Part shown: positions 11,001 to 21,100 of the stretch, piece after piece
How positions within the stretch are numbered: the first letter of the stretch is position 1
Layout of the letters: every line of letters starts with the position of its first letter
Assembly: GCF_964188315.1 (NCBI RefSeq)
Contig: NC_135670.1
Coordinates: 18,042,001-18,106,000, forward strand
DNA: 64,000 nt
Source: Podarcis muralis
Taxonomy: Eukaryota
Direction: 5' to 3'
The notes under the pieces: generated by a model
What the model was told of the DNA's origin: nothing
The model's input: only the letters and a program-made list of their open reading frames with translations
Databases searched by the model: none
Made by a program: the position numbers and the translations under genes

Positions 11001-12442
11001 ATGTACGCAAAAGAGACGGTGGGATTTGGCATGCTGAAAGCCAAGGTAAGGGGTCAACATGTTCCTGGTTTTATTACTTTTATTCTTGTGGGGCAGCCCA
11101 TCTTGGAAGGTGACACAAGTAAAATGAGGTTGTGGGAGGTGACTCAAATAACTACTTCCAGAGTGTCTCCCTGTTAGAGGTGCAGCAACACATCCAGCCA
11201 AGAACCTTTGGTGCTTCCTCAAGGCAGCTTATTGGGGACTCTTCTCTTCCCCCATCCCACTCATAGCATTTTATTGCAGGCATTAAGGTCTCTGGGGTCT
11301 AATTCATACACATACACCATTTGACTTTTTTACATTTGATTTCTATACACTTAGGTACAGTGCACACATGTCTGTACAACATTTGGTTACTATACTGTTC
11401 GTAGAATTGTAGAGTGGGAAGGGACCACGAGAGCCATCTAGTCCAGCCCCCTGCAATGCATGAATCTTTTGCCCAACGTGGGGCTTGAACCCACAGCCCT
11501 GAGATTGAGTCTCATGCTCTACCGACTTGAGCTACGATTAGCAACTGAGTCACCTCAGCTCATCCTGTTGAAAAGCTCCGCAGCTGATGTCATGAGAGAG
11601 AACGGCCTCGTTTTTAAGTACCCCAAACCAGTGTTACGAGTATGTGAAGTGTTGAGATTTGGGCTTGTGGATCCAGTGGCGTAGCGTGGGGGGTGCAGGG
11701 GGGGCCGGCCGCACCGGGCGCAACATCTGGGGTTAGGGCAAATCCACGGGTTAGGGGGCACAAATTACTTGCCTTGCCCCGGGTGCTGAGGACCCACGCT
11801 ACGCCGCTGTGTGGATCCTTTCTGCCCCCTCCCCAGCCAGCACATGGCTACAAGGAGTTAGGAAGCTTCTGCTATTCAACAACTACAGTGGTACCTCTAG
11901 TTATGAACTTAATTCGTTCCAGATGTCCGTTCTTAACCTGAAACTGTTCTTAACTAGAGGTGTGCTATTGCTAATGGGGCCTCTTGCTGCTGCTGCACTG
12001 CTGGCACACGATTTCCGTTCTCATCCTGGGGCAAAGTTCTCAACTCGAGGTAACTCTTCCAGGTTAGCGGAGTTTGTAACCTGAGGCGTTTGTAACTCGA
12101 GGTACCACTGTACTCTTGTTGAGGGCGATGCCTGAGCCAGTGCCCAAGTCTGCTTTACCTGAATTCTGCAGAGGAGGTGGGCACACAGCCAACCAGTTCT
12201 TTCAACCCTATGGGGAGGGCTGTAGCTCAGTGATCCCCGGCATCTGCAGGTAGTGCTGGGAGAGAACCCTGCCGAGCCTCTGTCAATCAGTGTAGGTAAT
12301 ACTGAGCTCGGTGGACCATTGGGCTGACTCTGTATATAAGGCAGCCTCCCAAGTTCCTAACCCGCCTGTCCTTGTGTTTTCCCAGGCTCAAGCTCTGGTC
12401 CAGTACCTCGAAGACCCGCTCACCCAGGTGGCTGCCTCCTGA
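7967..12442 (+). CDS. LAMTOR2: Ragulator complex protein LAMTOR2, 125 aa (exons 7967-8034, 9161-9323, 10956-11045, 12386-12442)
   Basis: [23 protein letters not shown]|[30 protein letters not shown]...KFILMDCM|[30 protein letters not shown]|[18 protein letters not shown]; 378 bp in total; AATAAA at 12628. Confidence 0.98.
8237..8572 (-). mobile_element. Sauria-type SINE; partial plus-strand copies at ~49997-50157 and ~63027-63265
   Basis: The rc starts GGGACGCGGGTGGCACTGTGGGTTAAACC (tRNA-like head with B-box GGTTCAAATCC) and ends GGGGTCCCTTTACCTT. Confidence 0.85.
9161..9323 (+). CDS. LAMTOR2: LAMTOR2 exon 2 (163 bp)
   Basis: atctag|C CTT CTG AAC...TGT ATG|gtacgt. Confidence 0.96.
10956..11045 (+). 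CDS. LAMTOR2: LAMTOR2 exon 3 (90 bp)
   Basis: cccaag|EGRVAITRV...MLKAK|gtaagg. Confidence 0.96.
11674..11809. mobile_element. Young hAT MITE in LAMTOR2 intron 3
   Basis: TIR CAGTGGCGTAGCGTGG / CCACGCTACGCCGCTG; perfect TSD TGTGGATC; CpGs retained. Confidence 0.9.
11886..12110. mobile_element. Tc1/mariner-superfamily MITE
   Basis: TA-CAGTGGTACCTC...GAGGTACCACTG-TA. Confidence 0.88.
12212..12359 (+). mobile_element. tRNA-Ala-like SINE ending 26 nt upstream of LAMTOR2 exon 4; fuller copy at ~27730-27927
   Basis: GGGCTGTAGCTCAGTG head; ...CTGACTCTGTATATAAGGCAGCCTCCCAAGTTCCTA tail matches the 27.7-kb copy. Confidence 0.75.
12386..12442 (+). CDS. LAMTOR2: LAMTOR2 exon 4 coding part (57 bp)
   Basis: ttcccag|[21 protein letters not shown]. 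Confidence 0.96.
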   Translation, partial: AQALVQYLEDPLTQVAAS

Positions 12443-12627
12443 GCAGGTGATGGAGCCCAAAGGCAAGGCCGACCTGCTGCACCCATCTCCTGTCGGGAGC
12501 GAGTTTCAGAACAAGCTCTTGCACCAAGGTGACCCTGTGGACTCTTGCTTCTCTGCAGCCTTGATGTGCGCTGGGCGCGGGCACTTGAGTGTGTTTCAGG
12601 AAAAGGGAAATGGCAGTGGGAGGGGGA

Positions 12628-12633
12628 AATAAA
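12628..12633 (+). terminator. Probable LAMTOR2 polyadenylation signal
   Basis: First AATAAA, 186 nt after the stop, with GT-rich sequence downstream. Confidence 0.65.
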
Positions 12634-14569
12634 AAAGCGTGTTCTTAGCCATTTGAGTCCGGTCTCTCTTTTGAGGAAAGAGGGGGAAGTTCCTCCTCTG
12701 CATTGGCAGAAACATCCGCCTACCATCCTGAACATATTTGACCTGGAAATAAATCCCGTAGAACGCAGTGGGGCTCGCTTACAAATTAACCCACACAGCT
12801 GCTCAAGTGTTCCAGGCTCTGAACCTGAAAAGTTTGGAGAAGAACTGATCTGGACCCAGGCTTTCTGGAAGCATTTTCCTGCTGTTAAGCAAGGGGATTC
12901 AGTACTGAAGGGGAACCACCTGGTGGCAGCAGAGGAGCAAAAGACATTTCCATTCCTTTCATATTTTACTTTTAATTGGCCAATTCCAGTAATCCCTTTC
13001 CACAGCTGGTGCTGGGTTAGCTTCAAGGCCAGTGACACCTTCCTAAGCCTGCCTTTGCTGTGCTAATGCTCTTGAGAGGAGACAGGTGGTGTTGAAAGAC
13101 TTGGTAGCTGGGTGGGGTGCGTGCCTTCCTTTAACTCTTCCTAGAAGTGTTAGTTCTCTTAAAACAGAAAGGTGGACTCATTTCTTGCTTAGGGCTAAGT
13201 TGACAGATGGGGGAAATCATTCAGTAGGGGTTGTAACCAATGCAGCACTAATGACTTTGCAAAAAATAAATAAATTCCTCTCTCTTTCCATCCCACCCTG
13301 TACACCCCTAAGTCTGTCCTGGGGTTTCCCCCAACCCTCCAGAGTGGATGCAGGGGCGCACCAGGGAAGCAGGTCCATTGCACAAGCGTAAATTCTTGCA
13401 CTGATGGGACATATTAGTTGGATACAGCGCTTTGTGTGTGTGTGTGTGAGAGAGTAAAAGTAACCTCACACACACTCCCCAAAACTATATTTTCTGTCTC
13501 CTCCTGTCCACCCTTTCACATCAACATTTTGGTCATAATTGCACACTAAAGTGATACTTGTCTGTGCAGATCTCCTGGGAACATGCATCCTGCCTGCCTG
13601 TCTGGGCAGGGTCCCAAATGAGCCAGTCCTTTGTCAACTCTGTCTCTTACGTGTGCACCAGGAGAAGCCGATTTGTCTTTCGGATACTTAGTGTACCAAA
13701 GATGCTTCCAGCCTAACACAGCTGGCCAGCGTGCTTGCTTCTGCGCCCTCTTCCATTTTGTCACCTTGTACATCAGGACTGCAAAGGTGCATACTTGGTA
13801 AAGAGCCCCCTTGAACTCTGTGGGGCTGATCCTAGTGGCCAGGTTGGTGAAGACTACTTTATGGAATTCCTTTTACAGATGGAACTATCAGAGATGAACT
13901 GGTCTGGTCAGTCTTCCATCAAAAGGGGAAGAGGTGCCCTTGTTCCTGGCAGCTGTATGCTCCAAGTGTCTTGCCCCAAAGCTTAGTTAACTTTTGAACA
14001 AGAGCAATTTTCAGCCTTGCTGAGTGTTTCCCCCGCAGATTGCAGCAGCCTGCGTGTGTGGTTTTGTGCTAATCTCCTAGCTGTTTCATTTTGCATCTTC
14101 TCAACCTATCCAGAATGAATCTTTTTAACCGCGTGGAAAGAGGGATTTGGGTGACTACCTTCCCAAACGCCAGGAGAATTTCTGGAACAATTTATTCCTG
14201 AGCTGGTGTCTCCTTCCTGTCCGTGTGGTTATCAACTTAAGCTTTACGACACTGTTTCATTTCACAATGTGGAATAATCTGCTTTCCCCCCCATTCGTGC
14301 TGCTGCTTGCTGCCCGAACCTAAAACAGATCTGGAGGTGGCTATTACATGGCTAGATGAGAGTTCAGGGGCCCAGCCAAAGGGGATCTAAGCTTGATGTG
14401 ATACAAATAACCAAAGCAATGCATTTTTGATGTGCAAAGCTGGAACCTTCAGTGATTTAAAAATGTTGCTTTGTCACATTTTATTGCCTTTCTGGTAACT
14501 TGTCACTCAAAATCCTGATTCTGGACTAGGGGGTTAAAATATATATCTATTAAAACAAGAGAAACTTAT

Positions 14570-15012
14570 GGGACTCCCTTATGAGGAACGTTCACACCGG
14601 TTGGGAGTTTTTAGTTTAAATAAGAGGTGACAAAAAATAATTTTATAAAACTTTCAGGACAGAAAAAGAAGGCGGCACTTCTTCATGCAGTGCATAGTTG
14701 AACTATGGAACTCTCTGCCACAGGAGACGGTGATGGCCACCAACCTGGGTGGCTTTAAAAGAGGATTGGGCATATTCATGGAGGAGAAGGCTGTCAAAGG
14801 CTACTAGCCATGATGGCTATGCTCTGCCTCCACGGTCAGAGGCAATTAATGCTTCTGAATCCCAGTTGCTGGAAGACACAGGGAAGAAGAGTGCTCTTGT
14901 GAACAGGTCCCACATGCCAGTTTCCCACGGGCATCTGTTTGGTCCCTGTGAGAACAGGATGCTAGACTTGATGTGCCATTGGCCAGATCTAGCAGGTTCT
15001 TCTTGTGTTCTT
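14570..15012 (+). mobile_element. CR1/L3 LINE 3' fragment
   Basis: ...GGCCACCAACCTGGGTGGCTTTAAAAGAGGATTGG..ATTCATGGAGG...CTAGCAGGTTCTTCTTGTGTTCTTA tail; related pieces at 1-210 (+) and ~51545-51880 (-). Confidence 0.8.
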
Positions 15013-16004
15013 AACTTAAATGTCACTGACATCCTTAGGCTCTTGAATCCACAATTCAGAGGAGCCACATCTGAAGCATGGTTTGAACCTGCTTTCCTCA
15101 AAACTATTTGGCAAAGTGGGCTTTTGCAAAGGAGTCCCTCTGCCCCCAACCTTTTTCATGCTGCTCCAAGGGTCAGCTGAGGCTGTGAAAAAACCGGTTT
15201 TTGCAGGGGCATTAGAAAGCAGTGTGGGGTCACTCTCCAGGTAGGATGGAGAAACAGCTGCCTGGAGAGATCCTGCCCATAGCTTCACTAACTACAAACC
15301 CTGAAATTTGGGGTCTCCTCCAAACCTGTGTCAAAGTTTTGCAGTGTTCAGTGTTGTGTTTGATGTGTCAATTACTCAGATTGGGGGAGGGGAGCTGCAA
15401 AACGCAGGGTTGTCACTGCAAAATGCTGCAAGACTTTGACAAAGGTTTGGAGAGGATCCCAAACTTTGGGGTTCGGAGTTAATGAAGTTCCTGTTCATCT
15501 CTGTAGACCAGGCTTGGGCTCCATGGTCTGACTCTTGTTTGCATTTGGTTCAGTCCGGAATGGGCAACTTTCTCTGAATTCTGATTCTGGAAAAGTTACT
15601 GCCAGGACCTTTTAACATTCATCATCACCAAGAAAGCCAACTGCTCGTCCTGTGACCATTCTGTTTTTCTGGTTTGGATGTGGTTTATTTTTCAGTTGCA
15701 AATAACGTTATCTGGAAACTTTTTGAAATCGTAAATTCTCTGAGGTGGAGGCTTCTCCCCCCCCCCGCCCCACCCCACCCCAGAAGCCTGTAAACATGAA
15801 GTATTGAGCCTTCTGGACCTCAGTTTTACCACTCCTCACCTCCCCTCAGGTTATAATTCCAACTCTTTACATATCTTAGGCTTCTCCCTCTTCAACATTC
15901 CACCCTTCTGGTCTGGTCTAACAGGATTAGTTTTTCAGGTTTATGATGGGGAGGCTAGGAATGAAGCCCAACTACGGCTGCATAGCTGACAACAACAGAT
16001 ACAC

Positions 16005-16150
16005 TGGTGTATCTGAAGAAGTGTGCATGCACACAAAAGCTTATACCGGAACAAACTTAGTTGGTCTATAAGGTGCTACTGGACAATATTTTATTTATTT
16101 ATTTTTATTTCGACTGCGTCAGACCAACTCGGCTATCTACCTGAATCTGA
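16005..16150 (+). mobile_element. Penelope-like element terminal fragment
   Basis: CTGAAGAAGTGTGCATGCACACAAAAGCTTATACC...TTAGTTGGTCTATAAGGTGCTACTGG...CAGACCAACTCGGCT pattern typical of reptile PLE termini. Confidence 0.65.
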
Positions 16151-16592
16151 CAACATGCAGGCTTCTCGTCCCCAGCAGTTGCTACTTCCCTATTATTGGA
16201 ATGAGGAACCAAGTTGCTAGCTCTCAAGATTGTGAGGAAATGCCTGAGGGCACATCAGCAGTTTTTGTTAATTTTGACCCTCAATGAAACTCTTAAGTGT
16301 TAGCGTGATGTACAGTGTTAATCATACTTGAAGTAAGCCATTGAAGTCTTGCGGCAAGTCCATTAGAGTCGCAGAGTTTTTGAATACGGCGATCTGTATT
16401 AAATCACGTAGGCCAGAGACACACATACACTGTTAAGCATTATAATTCTGTGGTTTTCAAGTTGTATCAGTGTGCGTTTTTCATTAATGTTACTGTCAAT
16501 TGTTATAAAATGTTTAAATGGTCTGTTGACTGCAAATGAGAGCCCCTCCCTTTATTTGCAATATATGTCAGTCATAAACAGTGATTCATAAA

Positions 16593-17115
16593 TGCTTCTT
16601 TGAAACGTATGCTTTTACTGTGTCCCACACTCACTAAGTTTTGGGAGAAAGTGCTGGACTATATAAACAAGAAACTATGAGGAAAAAATTAAGATTTTCA
16701 GAGGTGAACCTGCTCTTGAACTATATACCCACTGTATGGAAATTGACAACAGGACAGCAAAAATGGATTCCACATGCTCTAATGGTGACCAAGAGACTGA
16801 TACTGATGAACTGGAAGAATTCCTCTTAATCAATAGCTTGACAACATTGGCAACATAAGAACAGACAGCTTACAGACACAGACTTTCTTCGGATAAATAC
16901 AACGATATTTGGAATGAGTTTACACAGACTATATTAGGTTATTGACAAGTATATGTGTATCAGGATAATAAGAATACACACACCTGAATATTAATGTACA
17001 GTATGGTAATGTAACCGTATTTTTCCTTTTTTTCATTCTCACTCACTTTTTCCCTTTTTTTCTCAGTCGTATCTTTTTACAAATGAAACTCTTCTAATAA
17101 AACATTAATAATAAA
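16593..17115 (+). mobile_element. Older L1 3' fragment with 17-bp TSD
   Basis: WKLTTGQQKWIPHALMVTKRLILMNWK (L1 ORF2 C-terminus-like); AT-rich tail; TSD AAACAGTGATTCATAAA at 16576-16592 and 17116-17132. Confidence 0.8.
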
Positions 17116-17599
17116 AAACAGTGATTCATAAACAACTACTTTTTTTACAGTCACTGCCCCCCAGCACCAAATGCCTATTTAATGAGTCATTTCATTCCAC
17201 AAGTTGCCACGTTTTCTCAGAGCCCTATAACCACATTGTGCATGTAATAAAGGCCGATAGAAAAGCAGTTAATTTCCTGGTCTGTACGACTCTCTCGGGC
17301 ATGGGTTGCCAAGTGATAGTAAGTCCCAACTGTTTGATAAACAAACATGCAAAAAACAAAACATATCTGGGTCATTTGCCTAAGCAAAGCTTTTCCCCCC
17401 CTTTTATTTGGCAGGCATCAAACACAGGTTTATCACTGCGCTTGATTTCAGAAACCAGTAAATAAGTGTCAGTTTAGAAGCTGTCTTGCCATCGCTTTCC
17501 TCAACTGGAAGAGAAAATATGGTCTATGGATGGATGCCTCGGCTAAAGGCCCAAGCGCCTGTCTGGGGAAACAGGCAGTGGCCCCTCCTAACCCCTTCC

Positions 17600-18083
17600 C
17601 TTCTCCCTCCCCCTGACCTTACCGCGAGCCCAGGTGAAGCGGGCGAGGAGTCCCTCCGCTCAGGTGACACCCGCCCAGGTGAGGTGCCGCGGAGGGGCTG
17701 GGCTCAGCCCTTACCTGTTCAACCTGCGCGGCGGCAGAGAGTCCACGCCCCACTGAGTCAGGCGAAGCTGCACCTTTAACCTGCCCTGACTGGGTGGCAC
17801 GGTTTCTCCCTCCCCCTCCCGCCTGCCACCCCCTTGTTCAAAGGGTCCCCCACCCATCCGCCCTCATTCCAAACAAGAGCCTCTCTTTGCACAGGTGGAC
17901 CTCGCTCCTTTCCGCCCCTCCCTCCCTCCTCTCCCCTACGCTCTTTCTGCTTTAAACTTGGGGTTTCTCTGCAAAAGAAAAAACCCAGCAACCTAGCCTT
18001 TCCCTCCTTCCTGGTTTGTTGGAGAAGGGCAGAGAAGGGACCCCTTTTCTCCAGCTGAAGTGGGCCCAGGAGGGCAGCAAGCC
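17600..18083 (+). promoter_or_regulatory. Putative RAB25 proximal promoter / 5' UTR
   Basis: Locally GC-rich; CAGGTG E-boxes at 17631, 17661, 17676 and 17892; KLF/SP CCACGCCC at 17743; AP-1 TGAGTCA at 17754. Confidence 0.55.
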
Positions 18084-18123
18084 ATGGGGACCTCAGAGGA
18101 AGATTATAACTTCGTCTTTAAAG
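18084..18123 (+). CDS. RAB25: RAB25 exon 1 coding part (40 bp)
   Basis: gccATGG Kozak; [14 protein letters not shown]|gtgagt. Confidence 0.93.
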
Positions 18124-21100
18124 GTGAGTGTCTTGTTTTTGCCTCTTTCTCTCTCCCCACCTCCCAATTCTTTATCTTCAAAGCTGTTGGCTGGGTTTTC
18201 AGGACTGCCCTGAAAGCTGTGTGTTGACCCAAGATGCCCCTTTTTTTTAAAGCCATGGGAGGATTTATAGAATTGTACAAGTGTAACGCTGGAAGGGACC
18301 CCAACGGTCATCTAGTCCAACCCCCTGAATTGCAGGGATCCCAGTGAAGTCCGTCCTACCGTCCAACCGCTCTCACCGTCGGAGAGTTCTTCCTGATGTT
18401 GAGTCTGAATGTGCTTTCTTTTAAATGGAATCTACCGGTTAATACACTAGGATAGCTCAGCCGGCAGAGCATGAGGCTCTTAATCTCGGGGTTGTGGGTT
18501 CGAGTCCCACACTGAGCAAAAGATTCCTCCATTGCAGGGGGGTTGGGCTAGATGACCCACGTGGTCCTTTCGAACTCTACTCTTCTATGATTCGGGTCCT
18601 ACCCTCTGGAGCAGCAGCAAAACACGCTTGCTCCATCTTCCATGTGACACCCCTTCAGGTATTTGAAGTCCACTCTAAATTCCTAAGGTGGGGCAATGAC
18701 TTGAAGGGGCTGTAGCTCTGCGGTCAAGCCCTTTCTTTGCTCTCTTCTTCCAGCCTTGCCACCTGCAGCTAGGAAAGGATCAGGGGTGATGGTGAGAAAC
18801 CACTGGTCCAGCTCAGTACTGCTGACACTGGCTGGCAGCAGCTCTCTGGGGTTTCAGACGGGATATTTTCAGTCCTACCTGGGGATCCCAGCAGGGACTG
18901 AACTTGGGACTTATTGCATGCAAACAGGTGCCTGCCTCTCCCGCTGAGCCACAGCCCCTCCCCCAGTCAGTGCAGACAATAGTGGACAAATAGGCTCACA
19001 CCTTTGGGCTGCAGCTGAGTATCCTTTGTCAAGCACCCATATGGCACTTGAAGAGTGCCTGTCTTAAAGAATCAAGGCTGATTAAGTCTGTCTGCGTTAG
19101 TTGTTTAAATTTTGCACACATTTAAAGCTTAATAAACCGAAAGACAAAATGCGCAGTTGTGTACACACACTACCTTTTTTGCTTTTTAAAATTTAAATTC
19201 AACATCTGTAAAGTGATACTCATAATGTTACAACAGGTTGAAGGCAGCGTAAAGTTGAACATTATCATTAGAGTAAATGTTCCAAAACTTTACAAAAATT
19301 ACAAATTTTTCCAGAAATCTGTTAGGCTGATTTGTATGTATTCTTTTATAAGAAGTTAACTTAATCTTCTGTTACTATGATTTTTTTCCAATATATTTGC
19401 ATGTACTCCCCCCCCCCCCCATTTTTTAGCTGTCACAATCATAGCAGCAGTTATAAGATGGAACACTATCTCTTGGTGCTTTACCAAGTAGAAATATTTT
19501 AGGTTCTAACTTCTAAGGGTATATGAGATCCTAACATATCAGACAGATTATCCTGAACAGATTTGCAAAATATTTGTGTTTGAAAGCAGTTCCGAAGGAT
19601 GGTGCACATTATATAGCTCTAAAGCACACCATACAGTGCCTCAAAGAATTCTGGACACTGTAGTTTGTTAAACATTGCTGGGAATTGTAACTCCATGAGG
19701 GATAAACTACAGTGCCCAGAATTCTTTGAGGGAAAGAATGTGCTTTGAAGGTATAGCATGTATGCAACTACCTCATTGTGTAAGAGAAGCAGGAATGCGT
19801 CTTCTAAGATGGCAGTCGCTGCACACCCTAACCCTAAATAATTTAAGCATGTAAAATTGCTAGGAGGTTGGGCCACCAGCTTGAGGTTTGTATTCATTTT
19901 AATGCAACTCATCAGCTGGCCAAACTTTGCGTTCCTAGTGACTATTGTTGGTAGTGATAGGATCAGTTTCCTCCCTGCAGCTTGATTATTTGCTTTTCTC
20001 TTTCCTTGTTTCCTGGTACTTCAAAGCATGTGACTCTTTGCTTTCCCCATCAACCACAGGAGGAGAGCTGAGTTACCTAAGTTGCAAAGCCATGCACCCC
20101 TTTCAATAGAAGCCTTGTCATAGCTCGCCTGCTCAGTGAGGCAGGAGCATCTTGCAAGAGTTCGGCCGCTTTGCAAGCTGAGCTTTGCAAGAGTTCACCT
20201 GCAGGTTGTATGCAGTGCTATTTTTCTAGAAAATTAGGTGCTGGAATTTAGCAAGAACATGCATGAATGTGCGAATGTGCTGGAACTGAGTTCCGGCTGG
20301 GAAAAGAAGCCCTGAAACTAGCCTACTTTGCAAAGGTAGAATTTGCATTTGTTGCCACACCCACTTTTGCCTCTGGCCCTGCCCACCATTGGCATGTGGT
20401 CATCATAAGGTTGACAAGAAGAGAATGTTGCCTTCAAGGCTGAAAAGTATTCCTTGTCCCTGATATAACAGTTCCCGCTAACTACCTAGCTTCCTCGTGC
20501 CAGATATTTTCCCCTAGTGCCTGGAGCGTTTTTGAGGGACAACAACACACCAATTTGGTGTTCTGGGCATCCACAAGCCAGAAACCAGCCCTGATCTGAT
20601 CACTGTTTGTGCTAATCTGGACTCTGAAGCATCAGAGCTGCATGCATTAGGAAAAGCAAGCAGAGTGAAGCCAACTGTCAAGTTTCTAGCTCTCTAACAA
20701 CTCCCATCTAGGCAGTAAAAACAAACAGACAACAGCATAAGGGATGGCGGTTTTCTCAGAAACCAAAACAAATATTTGGCCTTCATAAACCTGCACCTCT
20801 CAGTAAAGGAGCAAACATGATCCCTGAGACGGTGGCGTTCAAATTCCAGCTTGGAGGACACAGATTCAGTGGTACTTGGCAGATAAATAACTCGCCCCCT
20901 TTTCTCCAGCCTCAGACCCCATCTCTGTCTGCAGAAGGCTCAATTCACACCATGCATTTAAAGCGTTACGATACCACTTTAAATAGTCATGGCTTCCCCT
21001 CCAAAGAAGCCTGTTTAACAGACTATCCCTCTTCCCAGGAAACTCTGAGGATCCAGGGCTTTTTTTCAGCAAGAACTCGCCAGAACTCAGTTTGGGCACC

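Noticed and set aside
18449-18517. tRNA-Lys-like sequence (also ~11475-11545; tRNA-Ala-like at ~27730)
   Set aside because: Stems are mismatched and each is fused to a LINE-derived tail; these are SINE heads, not tRNA genes.
19985-20210. Long pyrimidine tract plus cacag in RAB25 intron 1, as a cryptic exon
   Set aside because: Only a weak downstream donor and no recognisable coding signal; it cannot be supported without RNA data.
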